From the IMG/VR virus record IMGVR_UViG_3300045988_039851: a DNA stretch of 58,579 nt. One strand, 5' to 3'. Source of the DNA: a virus. The stretch's first letter is position 1, and the number at the start of each line of letters is the position of its first letter. Below, in pieces: positions 1 to 9,727 of the stretch. The notes beneath the pieces were generated by a model. It searched no databases, was not told where the DNA came from, and was given only the letters and a program-made list of their open reading frames with translations. The translations under genes were made by a program, and so were the position numbers.

Positions 1-91
1 CTTTTTTTTGAACAATTCTTGCAGAATAATCTGCGCCAACGATTTCGGCAAGCTCCTTGATTCCGTTTTCGATGCGGTTGTAATCGGTGTA
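1..91. repeat. Terminal direct repeat, copy 1 (identical to 58489-58579); overlap of a circular assembly
   Basis: 91/91 nt identity between window start and end, read directly. Unique length is 58,488 bp. Confidence 0.95.
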
Positions 92-226
92 GCTGAGTGC
101 GCCTTTCATGCCAGCGGCCCATTCTTGCTGCTCCTCTTCTGTCCATGTGCCGGTTCTGGCTTTGACAGCGATTTCTTTTACGCGGTCAATATCCGCTTGT
201 GTGCGGTCTGTAATCCATGTTGCCAT
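1..226 (-). CDS. N-terminal segment of junction-spanning tail-fibre-like protein (continues 58488->57806; 302 aa in total)
   Basis: ATG at 226 follows a GAGGTG RBS. The frame is open to nt 1 and in phase with ORF 57806-58579 through the repeat (226-91=135). Confidence 0.8.
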   Translation of the reverse strand, partial: MATWITDRTQADIDRVKEIAVKARTGTWTEEEQQEWAAGMKGALSYTDYNRIENGIKELAEIVGADYSARIVQKK

Positions 227-235
227 GTAATCACC

Positions 236-2857
236 TCAGCTTTCAAAGATAAGCTTGCCATCTGCGTCGATAGCAAGAGACTTCGGAACGGTAAACGCAG
301 GATGAACAACATTATCGTATTTCATAGGAATTTCGTCATTTGTTGCGTAAGATATTGTTTCCGCGTTGCGAGACACCTCCGAAGATGAACCGTATGATAA
401 GAACGACGTTACAAGCTTGCTAACAATCAATGGGCGCCAATACTTATTATCGGTGGAACTTGTGCCCGCAAGATCTCTGAGCATCTGGAGCGAACCTAAA
501 TATGGAGTTCTAGTCCAAATAGCTCGTCCTCTATTAGAACCCTCGAAGTCAGAAACAAGCATTGTATTCAGAATTTTGGATGCGTTTGGCAACGGGGTTC
601 CTTCGTTATGGGTATAAGTTGGGCTACTCGTCGTCCAGTTCGGCGTATCAGAGCCTTTGCTGTCATATCCAAATTCATGCTCAGAAAGCAAAAAAATACT
701 TCTCGCCATCGTGATCACTTTACTACTACCCGAATTGCAATAAGAATCAGAAAATCCGGGAGTGTAGTAAATCGTAGTCTTATCAATCGTGTTTTTCTGC
801 GCAGAAGTAAAAGCATTGAAATAATCGCTATTAAGCCAAGAATTTACATCACTATTAGCGTATCTAGACCACGAAGAATCCCATGCCATAATAGCGGCGT
901 AATGCTTACGAACCAAAAGCGTACGTCCTGCCCCGTTCAGCTCGCTCTCATAGTCATGCTTGGCGACAATGAACTCCACGACGTTGCTGCCCTCGTCCAT
1001 AAGAACAGTCTCGCCCTCCGGAATATTGGAAAGATAATATTCAGTGGTGAGGAACGAACAGCTGGCAGAATTGCCACCAGCAGAAGCAGTAACGATAGTT
1101 GTGCCGGGGGAGTTCCATTTGACCTGACAGGTGGATTTTCCCTCTGTATTGGTAAGCACATGGAGGGAAACGATGCCTTCTGGAGATGCAGACCAACTGA
1201 TTTTAGGCGAATCTTGGGAGGCAGGGGAGAGAATGGCAGTGATCACTACAGACTGTCCCCACTCGAGTGTCTCGTTGGATTTGTCTACAGTCAAAGACTT
1301 AACATCCGCCATCATATATCCTTCAAGCTTGCCTTTAAAGCACCCATTGTAGGTGTAAGACACATTTGTCAATAACAGAGTTGCGCTGTAATCGAACTGA
1401 TGATGGATTTTCACAAAATCCAAAGCGTCCGTTATGGGACTGGCTCGATATTCCAAAGTAGCTTTGCGCCGATTGGAAAGCACGCTGTAAGATTCCGTAA
1501 GGGCGTTTCGAGACTTTTCAAGCGTAGACTCGGAAAGAAGAGCGTTGCTCAAGCTCTGAGATACGCCACGACCGGAAGGATTTTCAGGGTAAGCGTATGT
1601 TTTGTTCCCAACAGAGGTCGTGACATTAAGAAGGTTTTGTGCGAAAGTGATTTCAGGCCAAGAATAATTGTTGAGAAGAGTGATGTCCTCAACATCCGTA
1701 CCGGAGCCAAATTCATACGCCCGCTTGATAGTGATAACGCCATCTCGCGTCTGATATAGTGCCATGCCCGCTGCGTTGGCTGCAAGCTGCAAAATATCAG
1801 AGTTTTTATACGAAGAGCCATCCGAAGAGATGTCAGCAGAATAATCTTTCAGTTCGTCCGAAATATCGAAGGTGATTTCATCTGCTTCCAACAGCTCCAA
1901 AGCGTCGTAGCACATCTCATAGAGCGTACCGTATTTTCTGCCGGTGTAGGTGGTGGACATCAAGTAAAGAAAGGAATCGCGGGCGGAAAAGCTTGCCTCA
2001 ATACTGTTGGCGGGAACGCTCCACTCCGACAGGAAGAACTTTCCACCATTGACCCACTCGACATTACCATCAATATCCATGCCGTAGCGCACAGAGATGG
2101 GCTGACGTTCGTAAATATACTTGTAGATGCCTTGAGGATTGACAGAATCCCATGTACGGTCGCTATTATCAAGGCTAAACGAAATACTTTCCTGTGAAAG
2201 CTGACCGGAAATCGGGTCACGAGAAGAGGTGTGACGATAGGAAAGGATTTTCGTCTTGTCAAAAATCAGATATTGTCCAATTCTGAACTGTTCAATCCGG
2301 GCCTTGCGATTCGGAATGCACCAATCCAAAACTTCTACTTTAACGGCATCAAACCCGCTCAGCTCAATCTCCACATCGGAGAATGCCGATGCATTCCCTG
2401 TAACGGTGACAGAATTAAGCTCTTGCGTGCCAAGATAAGAAGTGACTTTGAAGCTGGTAGCGTATTCGTTGAAAATAGACGACCAGATAATACTGACGCC
2501 CGGAACGGAAGATTTTACCTCGCTGGCAAACGTGGCAAAGAGAACAGGGGGGTTAGAGGTGCTGAAGATTGTAGAGCTAACGAACCCGGTATTTTCATAT
2601 GGAGCGGAAGCGGGAACAACTTTGCAGCTGCCATCGAGCACACAAAGATTAGGCTCTCCTGTGCCATATTTTACAAAGGAAACCACTCCCGCTTGTGAAA
2701 GAGCATTCGCGTTTGCAAACGCACTCATAGCAGACGTGACAAATTTTGCCTTTTTGTTTACACCCGGCGCAGTGATGCCAACCGTTATCTCGACAAAAGT
2801 TTCGGGCACAAGTGTGTTGTTAAACTTTTGCGTCCATTTGTCGGTAGCTCTTTCCAT
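236..2857 (-). CDS. Tail-tip/baseplate protein with Ig-like domain; probable receptor-binding component
   Basis: 873-aa ORF two genes after the tape measure, with a GAGGTG RBS. It has an Ig-like segment (VVITAILSP..ISWSASPEGIVSL) and a C-terminal FLLSEHEFGY..IWTRTPY motif. Confidence 0.7.
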   Translation of the reverse strand: MERATDKWTQKFNNTLVPETFVEITVGITAPGVNKKAKFVTSAMSAFANANALSQAGVVSFVKYGTGEPNLCVLDGSCKVVPASAPYENTGFVSSTIFSTSNPPVLFATFASEVKSSVPGVSIIWSSIFNEYATSFKVTSYLGTQELNSVTVTGNASAFSDVEIELSGFDAVKVEVLDWCIPNRKARIEQFRIGQYLIFDKTKILSYRHTSSRDPISGQLSQESISFSLDNSDRTWDSVNPQGIYKYIYERQPISVRYGMDIDGNVEWVNGGKFFLSEWSVPANSIEASFSARDSFLYLMSTTYTGRKYGTLYEMCYDALELLEADEITFDISDELKDYSADISSDGSSYKNSDILQLAANAAGMALYQTRDGVITIKRAYEFGSGTDVEDITLLNNYSWPEITFAQNLLNVTTSVGNKTYAYPENPSGRGVSQSLSNALLSESTLEKSRNALTESYSVLSNRRKATLEYRASPITDALDFVKIHHQFDYSATLLLTNVSYTYNGCFKGKLEGYMMADVKSLTVDKSNETLEWGQSVVITAILSPASQDSPKISWSASPEGIVSLHVLTNTEGKSTCQVKWNSPGTTIVTASAGGNSASCSFLTTEYYLSNIPEGETVLMDEGSNVVEFIVAKHDYESELNGAGRTLLVRKHYAAIMAWDSSWSRYANSDVNSWLNSDYFNAFTSAQKNTIDKTTIYYTPGFSDSYCNSGSSKVITMARSIFLLSEHEFGYDSKGSDTPNWTTSSPTYTHNEGTPLPNASKILNTMLVSDFEGSNRGRAIWTRTPYLGSLQMLRDLAGTSSTDNKYWRPLIVSKLVTSFLSYGSSSEVSRNAETISYATNDEIPMKYDNVVHPAFTVPKSLAIDADGKLIFES

Positions 2858-2860
2858 ACA

Positions 2861-3238
2861 TTACACCTCAACAAGAGACAATTTTGCGCCAGTCCACCCC
2901 ATAACACTGCCATTGTTCGGGCTTCTGCGCCACATTCCGGCAGTTCGATCAGAGACATACATCTGCCGCGTCGTATATCCTGCGGTTGCCTGATTGTAAA
3001 ACCGAACAGAGCAGTAAAAATTAGCAGTAAATAGGCTTAAAATGGTGGCCCATTGCTTGGCAGTAAGATAATTCCAAGACATCGTGACTTTTGCTACGTC
3101 ATGCCGCACGACAGCTCCAACGACTTTGCCCTGAACATTTCGTCCGGAGTCTACGATCGTGCTGGTAGTTCCCTCATAAGAGGACGGTTCCGGTAACTCT
3201 ACGCCGTTCACCGTAACCAGTGCAGGAATATTAGCCAT
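2861..3238 (-). CDS. Small tail component (distal-tail position), function unknown
   Basis: 125-aa ORF immediately downstream of the tape measure gene in the same operon. Confidence 0.55.
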   Translation of the reverse strand: MANIPALVTVNGVELPEPSSYEGTTSTIVDSGRNVQGKVVGAVVRHDVAKVTMSWNYLTAKQWATILSLFTANFYCSVRFYNQATAGYTTRQMYVSDRTAGMWRRSPNNGSVMGWTGAKLSLVEV

Positions 3239-3253
3239 CGAAACCGTCCTTTC

Positions 3254-6200
3254 TTAATAAGAGTAGACCTCAGTGCCCATAATGGATACGCCCCGGTCTT
3301 TCTTCACTTTATCAACAGAGGCGGCAATTTGCTTGCCGTCAAGATATACGTTCACGTTCTGTTCTTTCAACAGCTCTTCGCCGTAACGCTGCCAGATGTC
3401 GAGGAATGCATTGTAGCAGCCGTTGTACACAGCATCTCTCATGTCCTCAGAGTTTCCTCCAGCCGCAGAATACGTGCCGCCATAAGAAGAACTGGATGTC
3501 GAGGAATTGTAACTAGAGCTTCCAACGTACTGAGATGTATCGCTGTAACTACTGGTAGGCCGGCCGCCGCCAAGTTTCGATACGATTCCAGCGATTGCAA
3601 CGCCAAGGGTCGCGGCAGCAGCAAGGGCTACGATTCCAGCGGGAAGGCCAAAAATCGTAGCACTGAGGGCGGCACCCACAGCAGAAAGCATTCCCGCCAC
3701 TGCGGTTCCGATGGTGCTTACCAGCCCGGCAAACCCAGCGAAAATTGTCGGAAAAGAGCTGAGCAAGCCGCCAGACAGCGCAGCGCTGATTGCTTTAGCA
3801 GCCGTTGCAAGAGGAGACTTCACGTTTCCGAAAGCCTGCGTAATACCAGAAAGCATCGTCTGGGTTTCAGAAGAAACCTTTCCGAAGTTCTGAGTTAGGC
3901 TGTTCACCAGATTCTTGCCAATGGTAGCAGCTGTGTTCAGCAGAGAAGAAGCTTGGCTTTTCAATTCTTTGCTTAGTCTGCTTACAAGGTCACTTGCAAC
4001 GGACTTGGCGCGTTTACGCTGCTCATCGCCCATAGCACCCCAAATGCCAGCGGCGATCGTAGTGCCGACCGTTTTCCAATCGCCGCTCTGCGCAGCCTGA
4101 ATGAAAGTTTGCACCGTACCGAAGAAGTTGGTCTTGAGGTTGTTATCGAGTTCGGCCCACTTAGAGTCTAGCCCGGAAATGATGCCGTTGACGTAGCTTG
4201 TGCCGCAGTCAATGCCATAGTTCGCCATCTCTTCGCCCTTGAGCTTGGTGGCGTCTACGAGTTTATTCATAGCATCGTTGACGTAACCGAGAGCGCCGGT
4301 GATGCCGTTTGCAAGGCCTTGGTCGATGTAGCTGCCAATCCCTTCAAACCACTTAGAGGGAGAGTGAATATCAAGTTCATCTTGAGCGGTTTTCTTGATT
4401 CCATCGGTCAACTGTTTGGTCGCGTCATTTGACACATTGGTGTTCCCCGTGATGCCCTTCGTGATGCCATCAATAATGTTTTTGCCAACGCTTAACGGAT
4501 TAAACTTAGAAACTTTATCAATTAGCTTTCCGAACCACGTTACAGCGTCTTTGATTCCATTGATTACATCAGCAATCAAGAGAACAAATTTTTCCGCAAA
4601 GTTTCCATTGGCGGCGATGGCAAGGCGGTCTGATTCGTCTACGCCTTTAATAATCCATCCAATGAACACGCCCATGTTGTGGATAACTTGAGCAAGAGAC
4701 GCGATTGCACCTTCAAGAAAATTTCCATTCATCTGGATGTCGAGCATTTCCGTTTCAGAAACGCCATTTTGAATCCATCCGATAAGAATTGCAAAATCAT
4801 TGATAAGATTTCCGAGAGCAGTTATGATGTCTGCCACTGTTTCGGCTGCAATCGTGCCGAAATTCACGAAAGCATCGTGCCAATCAGATTTCAGCTGAAA
4901 TGCTTCTGCTTCGCTTTCGCTGCCAAGACCACGCACGGCGACAGAGACAGCTTCGAAACCAAGAACTGCAAGGCCAGCAACGGGATGCCCGCTAATAGTC
5001 AAACCGATTCCAATAAGCGTCATGACCAAATCGCCCAAATCGAGGTCAAGGTCTTTGACGACTTTTTGAATTGTCTCGAATGCAGTAGAGATTTTCCCCC
5101 GCCATTCCTCAGGAATCAAATTCCAAATCGCTTGACCGAGATTAGAAAGAGCTTCTTTTAGCCATTTGATAGACTCGCCAAGTTTCCCATCAGTCAAAGA
5201 GATATTCCAGCCTTGCGTAAACCCAAGACCCGCAAGGTAAATCAAATCTTTAATACGGGCCAAACCTTGCCGGAAATTTTCGCTGTTTTGATAAAGCTGA
5301 ACAAATCGACCAACGATAAGGGCGACCGTCCCGGCTACTAGAAGCAACTCTGGATTAAGACCACCAACGATTTTGCCGAGCTTGTATGCCCAACCATGAG
5401 TGTCTTTCAACGCAGTAAGAAGCGCATTCCCGATAGCCCATGTGGCAAAACCAGCGCCGATAGCAGCAACAATAGGAGCAAGTTTGCGAAGTTTTTCCTT
5501 GATTTCATCCACAGCGTTGCCGACATAGTTCTTGAACATATCGTAGCCGGACAGGTCTACATCACCCAAAATGTTGCCAGCGGATGCGCCGCCGCCAGAG
5601 CCGGAACTTCCCTGTGTGGGGTCAATGATGTTCAGTTCATCAAAACCCATCGTGTAGTCCTTGAGGGCTTTGGCGGCCTTCTTTGTCGAATCGGCTGTGT
5701 CATCCATCGCGTCACCGATGCCGCCAACGCTGTCAGCGCTCTTGGTGAAATCAGTGAACACGACCTTCACACCCATCAGCTTTGCCACCCATTCAACAAA
5801 CTCTCGAATGAGCTGAACAGCGGCAATCAGCGGGGGCAAAATGGATTTCAGGGCAGGGTAGAGCAGAGAGCCAACAGACTTCGCCAGCATATCCAGCTGA
5901 GCTTTCAGGGTCTTAATCTGGTTCGCAGGGCTTTGGATGGTCTGTGCAAGGTTTCCCTGCACATTGGCAGTCTGCTTCATAATGGTAATGTAACGCAGAA
6001 CCGCCTTATCTGCCTGAGACAGACTAGAAACCTGCTTATTAAAGCCCAAAGCAAGAAGCTCCTGCTGTAAACGCGCCTGAGACAGGTCGATGCCCAAACG
6101 GCGAATAGGCTCAATCTCGCCAGAAATTGCGGAGGACATTGCGGTAAAGGTCTCTGCAACGTCCTTGTTCCAATAGGAACCTTCGTCATAGGCAAGCTGA

Positions 6201-7171
6201 GTCAGGTTCTTGGACAGAACGTATGCCTTGTCGCTGGCCAGACCAAACGAAGTGCCCAAGCTCTGGATGGTAGCCATGTAGGTCATCGCTTTGGTCGGGT
6301 CAACGCCAAGTAAGCCCTGCATCTTGCTAATGAGCGTATCAGCTTCACCGCTCAAATTACCCATAGCATTATGAAACAGGTCTGTTGCTTCGTAAAAGTC
6401 ATTGAACTTGGCAGCAGCGTTGCCAAGATACTCAGCGATAGCTTTCAACGAAACCAGCTTTGCCATGTTCCGCATAAAGCCGTTCATCTGATTGGACAGG
6501 CTGAGGTAGCTCTTGCGTTGCCTTTCGTTGGCAGCGGTCACACGGTTAGCCTGTGTAACCACCTTGCTCAACTGCGAAGGGAGCTTTGCAAACGCGTTGC
6601 CCACCTTGTCAAGCTGAGATGCAAGGGGAGTAATAGCAGTGGAAATCTTCTGGCAAGAACTTGCAAAAGAATCAAGGTCTGTCGATTTTAGCTTGTCGGT
6701 CAGGTCAGGAACCTTTCCAATCGCATTGAAAGCACTACCAAGAGCTTTAAGGCTCGATGCGTCCAGAATGGACAATGGAGCCAAAGCGTTAGTGAGCTGA
6801 GTAATGCTTCCAGACATAGAGTAAAAGTCCACGCCGTTCAGACCAGACACAGCCGCAGGGATCTTCTTGATTGCATTTACGACCGTGTTGATGCTCTTTG
6901 TGCTTGCGGTCGTGTTGACACTGGAAAGCCCGTTCAGAAAGCTGGTGATTTTGTCCAGTCCAGACATTCCGGCGGATGCCTGTTTCAGCGTTGCAATGGA
7001 ACCAGCCAGCTTGTCAAGGCTGTTCACAACCTTCGTGACGTTGCCTTTTGTCCGCAAATTAGAAATGGCGGCAGTAAGCTTGTCGATATTAAGCTCTGCG
7101 CCCTGCGATTCCACAGAAATCTCTACGGATAAGCTCGTAATATCAACATCAGCCATCACTACCACCATCAC
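3254..7171 (-). CDS. Tape measure protein
   Basis: 1305 aa, directly after the G/T chaperone pair, with long helical Ala/Ser/Gly-rich and hydrophobic segments. The start may instead be the ATG at 7156. Confidence 0.9.
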   Translation of the reverse strand: MMVVVMADVDITSLSVEISVESQGAELNIDKLTAAISNLRTKGNVTKVVNSLDKLAGSIATLKQASAGMSGLDKITSFLNGLSSVNTTASTKSINTVVNAIKKIPAAVSGLNGVDFYSMSGSITQLTNALAPLSILDASSLKALGSAFNAIGKVPDLTDKLKSTDLDSFASSCQKISTAITPLASQLDKVGNAFAKLPSQLSKVVTQANRVTAANERQRKSYLSLSNQMNGFMRNMAKLVSLKAIAEYLGNAAAKFNDFYEATDLFHNAMGNLSGEADTLISKMQGLLGVDPTKAMTYMATIQSLGTSFGLASDKAYVLSKNLTQLAYDEGSYWNKDVAETFTAMSSAISGEIEPIRRLGIDLSQARLQQELLALGFNKQVSSLSQADKAVLRYITIMKQTANVQGNLAQTIQSPANQIKTLKAQLDMLAKSVGSLLYPALKSILPPLIAAVQLIREFVEWVAKLMGVKVVFTDFTKSADSVGGIGDAMDDTADSTKKAAKALKDYTMGFDELNIIDPTQGSSGSGGGASAGNILGDVDLSGYDMFKNYVGNAVDEIKEKLRKLAPIVAAIGAGFATWAIGNALLTALKDTHGWAYKLGKIVGGLNPELLLVAGTVALIVGRFVQLYQNSENFRQGLARIKDLIYLAGLGFTQGWNISLTDGKLGESIKWLKEALSNLGQAIWNLIPEEWRGKISTAFETIQKVVKDLDLDLGDLVMTLIGIGLTISGHPVAGLAVLGFEAVSVAVRGLGSESEAEAFQLKSDWHDAFVNFGTIAAETVADIITALGNLINDFAILIGWIQNGVSETEMLDIQMNGNFLEGAIASLAQVIHNMGVFIGWIIKGVDESDRLAIAANGNFAEKFVLLIADVINGIKDAVTWFGKLIDKVSKFNPLSVGKNIIDGITKGITGNTNVSNDATKQLTDGIKKTAQDELDIHSPSKWFEGIGSYIDQGLANGITGALGYVNDAMNKLVDATKLKGEEMANYGIDCGTSYVNGIISGLDSKWAELDNNLKTNFFGTVQTFIQAAQSGDWKTVGTTIAAGIWGAMGDEQRKRAKSVASDLVSRLSKELKSQASSLLNTAATIGKNLVNSLTQNFGKVSSETQTMLSGITQAFGNVKSPLATAAKAISAALSGGLLSSFPTIFAGFAGLVSTIGTAVAGMLSAVGAALSATIFGLPAGIVALAAAATLGVAIAGIVSKLGGGRPTSSYSDTSQYVGSSSYNSSTSSSSYGGTYSAAGGNSEDMRDAVYNGCYNAFLDIWQRYGEELLKEQNVNVYLDGKQIAASVDKVKKDRGVSIMGTEVYSY

Positions 7172-7583
7172 TTTCCATCATAGAGAACATCATTCTCTTG
7201 ATTCGCTCCTGCGCCTCAACTGCGCGTTGGTATTCATACTCGTCTTTCTCCTTTTGGGTAAGGGGAATCGGTCTATCCATGTACTTGATAGGGCTAGACC
7301 CTTTTTTACGGAACATATTGCCAACCGTAGAGGAAAGCGCAGATGCCATGTAAAAGCCGTTTCTCCACGCTTCAGCATTGGCTCTGCGTTCTCGCAGCTC
7401 CTCTGCGTCACGGTAGACTTTCGCCAGCCAGACATCGCCGTGCCAGAACTGGTCGTAGGTCATGCCAATGGAGATGTAATAGGCTTCTACATCGTGGAAT
7501 AGCTTGGAGAAGGAGAATGGCTCTCCCTCTCCGTCTGCTTCCTGAGATTGTGCGGTTACACAATCTCCCACGTTGCGTTTTTT
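7149..7583 (-). CDS. -1 frameshift extension of the tail assembly chaperone (G-T fusion, 7903->7149)
   Basis: After a -1 slip at 7577-7583 the reading KKRNVGDCVTAQSQ.. matches ORF 7149-7571. Confidence 0.7.
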   Translation of the reverse strand, partial: KKRNVGDCVTAQSQEADGEGEPFSFSKLFHDVEAYYISIGMTYDQFWHGDVWLAKVYRDAEELRERRANAEAWRNGFYMASALSSTVGNMFRKKGSSPIKYMDRPIPLTQKEKDEYEYQRAVEAQERIKRMMFSMMESDGGSDG

Positions 7584-7903
7584 GCGGTCTTGTCCTCAGT
7601 GTCAGTTGCCAGCAGGGACTTGGAAGCGTCCATGAACATCTCAAGCAGAATGCCCATCAGGTCTTCCTTCTCCTCGATGTGCTGGAACATCTCGTCCACG
7701 ACCTTGCGCTTGATGCCCTTGTTCCGTGCGATAAACGCGCCGTAGAATAGGGCGCGGGAATTGGACAGCAGGTTGGTCATCTGGGTGTACTGGCCAATCT
7801 GAAAACCTGCGCGTTCGGTGGCTTCCACGCTGTCACGGGTAAAGGTCAGCTCATAAGTGTTCTTACCATCGGGGGAATGAAAGTTGATAACCTTAGCAGC
7901 CAT
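7556..7903 (-). CDS. Tail assembly chaperone (G-like)
   Basis: 115-aa ORF between the major tail and tape measure genes. It ends just after a slippery heptamer. Confidence 0.75.
   Translation of the reverse strand: MAAKVINFHSPDGKNTYELTFTRDSVEATERAGFQIGQYTQMTNLLSNSRALFYGAFIARNKGIKRKVVDEMFQHIEEKEDLMGILLEMFMDASKSLLATDTEDKTAKNATWEIV
7577..7583 (-). promoter_or_regulatory. Programmed -1 frameshift slippery site A_AAA_AAC
   Basis: Minus strand reads GCA AAA AAC in the zero frame, an X_XXY_YYZ heptamer 7 codons before the G stop. Confidence 0.7.
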
Positions 7904-7929
7904 AATAAATGCTCTCCTTTATAAATAGA

Positions 7930-7960
7930 GGCAGAACCAAATCCGTTGTTCAGTTCTGCC
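7930..7960 (-). terminator. Hairpin between the major tail and chaperone genes (possible attenuating terminator)
   Basis: GGCAGAAC..GTTCTGCC 8-bp stem followed on the minus strand by a U-rich CTCTATTTAT. Confidence 0.4.
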
Positions 7961-7987
7961 CGGTTTGATTGATTCGATTTTTGCGGT

Positions 7988-8425
7988 TTAGCCGCCAGTG
8001 ACAGTCAGGGTCTCGCTGAACTCAGGCTTCTTGGTGAAGATGCAGTTGATGGTCATTTCCACAACCTCGTCAACACCAAAGCCGGACAGGCCAACCTGAT
8101 GCATACCCTGCCAAGTGAAGCCGGAGCCGTCCTGCATCTTCAGGGCGTAGTACTTCACGGCGTTGCTATCGGAAGTCTCATCATAGCCAGCTTCCTTGAC
8201 CTTCTTGTAGTCAGTCTTGTTGTAGTTGGCAGTGAAAGACTTGGTGTCGCTCTGGATGATGCCAAAGATGTTGACCTGCATGGGGTCGGACAGGGTAGTT
8301 GCATCCAGAAGGTTCGGTTCGGAGATCAGGTCGGGTACATCCTTAATGTCGCACAGCTTCGTCAGAGCGGTTGCGCTGTCGCCACAATACAGGGTGGTAT
8401 TCAGACCGGAGATAGCAGTACTCAT
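7988..8425 (-). CDS. Major tail protein (putative)
   Basis: 145-aa ORF upstream of the G/T chaperones, the conserved siphovirus gene order. Confidence 0.7.
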   Translation of the reverse strand: MSTAISGLNTTLYCGDSATALTKLCDIKDVPDLISEPNLLDATTLSDPMQVNIFGIIQSDTKSFTANYNKTDYKKVKEAGYDETSDSNAVKYYALKMQDGSGFTWQGMHQVGLSGFGVDEVVEMTINCIFTKKPEFSETLTVTGG

Positions 8426-8440
8426 AGAATGTTTACCTCC

Positions 8441-8842
8441 TTAGTTTCGGTAAATCATTCCGTCCTCTCCGATTGTTGCCCCATAGCTGCAATCAATCCG
8501 ATAGACGGAATTGTTGTACAGCCCATTCAACGGGGCAAACGACTTGCGATAAAATTTAAGCGGTTCAAGAACAGAATCCACGATTCCAACAATGGAGCGT
8601 GCTTCTGCAATGCGCCCGGTATCCTTATTGGAGTAGACACGCACACGCAGGGAAACGGCGGCGTACTTGCTGTAACCAGCAGAATCGATGTGTACAGGAA
8701 GATTGCTGTTTTCCTCTATCTGCACACACGGAAACTTTTTGACGTTGCTGTCATTGATTTCACCAGTGACGAAAATGCCGGGAACTTGCTTTCGCAGTTC
8801 CTTAGCAACAGCCGTGAAGATAGAATTGAAATAATCGATCAA
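8441..8842 (-). CDS. Tail completion/terminator-like protein (by position)
   Basis: 133-aa ORF between the head-tail joining genes and the major tail gene. Confidence 0.5.
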   Translation of the reverse strand: MIDYFNSIFTAVAKELRKQVPGIFVTGEINDSNVKKFPCVQIEENSNLPVHIDSAGYSKYAAVSLRVRVYSNKDTGRIAEARSIVGIVDSVLEPLKFYRKSFAPLNGLYNNSVYRIDCSYGATIGEDGMIYRN

Positions 8843-9360
8843 CTATTCCAAACCTCCCTCCACGTTGCTTCGACTTGAGAAGCCATTTCCTCAACAGCTC
8901 CCCACATAGCCATAGCTGGCTCGTTGCCATCGGTGTAATTCAACTGGCCTTTACCATCTACCTGTTTGACAGGCGTACCGGCATTGCCAGATTCTCCGTA
9001 GTAGTACCACCTGCGGTTTGCGCCTTGCCCTTTTCCATATGAGCCGTGTGCGCCAACACCGGGCGGTAGTTCACCGCCATACCCGTTGTGATGTGCGCCA
9101 GTGCCAAATTCGATAAAGGCAACTGCTTTGCCCTCTGCAACGATGGTACAAGTCTTGTCTTTTTGGTTGATGTGGCATTTCACGTCATTGGAGCCAGCGT
9201 ATTTCGCATTAGCAAAACGCACCTTTGCGACTTCAAGCCCCAACCAAGAAAGACGAAAAGCTAACGCTCTAGCTTTCTTGTTCAGGGTGGTCTTGTACTC
9301 CTGTATCTGACGTTCCGCATCACGAAGTCCGGCATCGCTCAACCTCACTTTAATTTTCAC
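8839..9360 (-). CDS. Head-tail joining protein (HK97 gp10-like position)
   Basis: 173-aa ORF overlapping its neighbours by 4-11 nt in the connector module. Confidence 0.5.
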   Translation of the reverse strand: MKIKVRLSDAGLRDAERQIQEYKTTLNKKARALAFRLSWLGLEVAKVRFANAKYAGSNDVKCHINQKDKTCTIVAEGKAVAFIEFGTGAHHNGYGGELPPGVGAHGSYGKGQGANRRWYYYGESGNAGTPVKQVDGKGQLNYTDGNEPAMAMWGAVEEMASQVEATWREVWNS

Positions 9361-9727
9361 TTGCAGCCACCTCTTTCAGCGCATACAGCGTATCCGTGAT
9401 ATGCTCTGCGACCTTGACCACAATGTAATTGAAGGGCTTTGAAACGTCTGTCTGAAACCAGACACGCGTACCTTCATAAAGCGGTGTGTTGCGCTTTTTG
9501 CTGGACGAACTGACAACATAGCTGTAATCCGTGAATGCTCCAAAAGGGTTTGCTTCCGCAGAACCAGTAGGCGGGCTGACATTCAGCATCAGCTTTGCGG
9601 GGGCACTCCACGATTCGTATGCAGATTCGCCAGTTTCGTCGCCCGATTTGTCCACAACAGGCGTTTTCTCTCCGACCGGGTTTGAATACCACAGAGGGCG
9701 CTTATCCAGCGGGCTTCCATTGAACAT
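9350..9727 (-). CDS. Head closure / head-tail adaptor protein (by position)
   Basis: 125-aa ORF in the connector module. Confidence 0.5.
   Translation of the reverse strand: MFNGSPLDKRPLWYSNPVGEKTPVVDKSGDETGESAYESWSAPAKLMLNVSPPTGSAEANPFGAFTDYSYVVSSSSKKRNTPLYEGTRVWFQTDVSKPFNYIVVKVAEHITDTLYALKEVAASEN

Noticed and set aside
8-388. 126-aa plus-strand ORF at the window start
   Set aside because: It lies antisense to the junction-spanning fibre gene and to the end of the 873-aa gene. It has no RBS, and its Cys/Phe-rich translation looks like noise.
236-2857. Diversity-generating retroelement targeting the tail-tip protein
   Set aside because: No reverse transcriptase ORF exists anywhere in the circle, and I saw no template/variable repeat pair near the 3-prime ends of the fibre genes.
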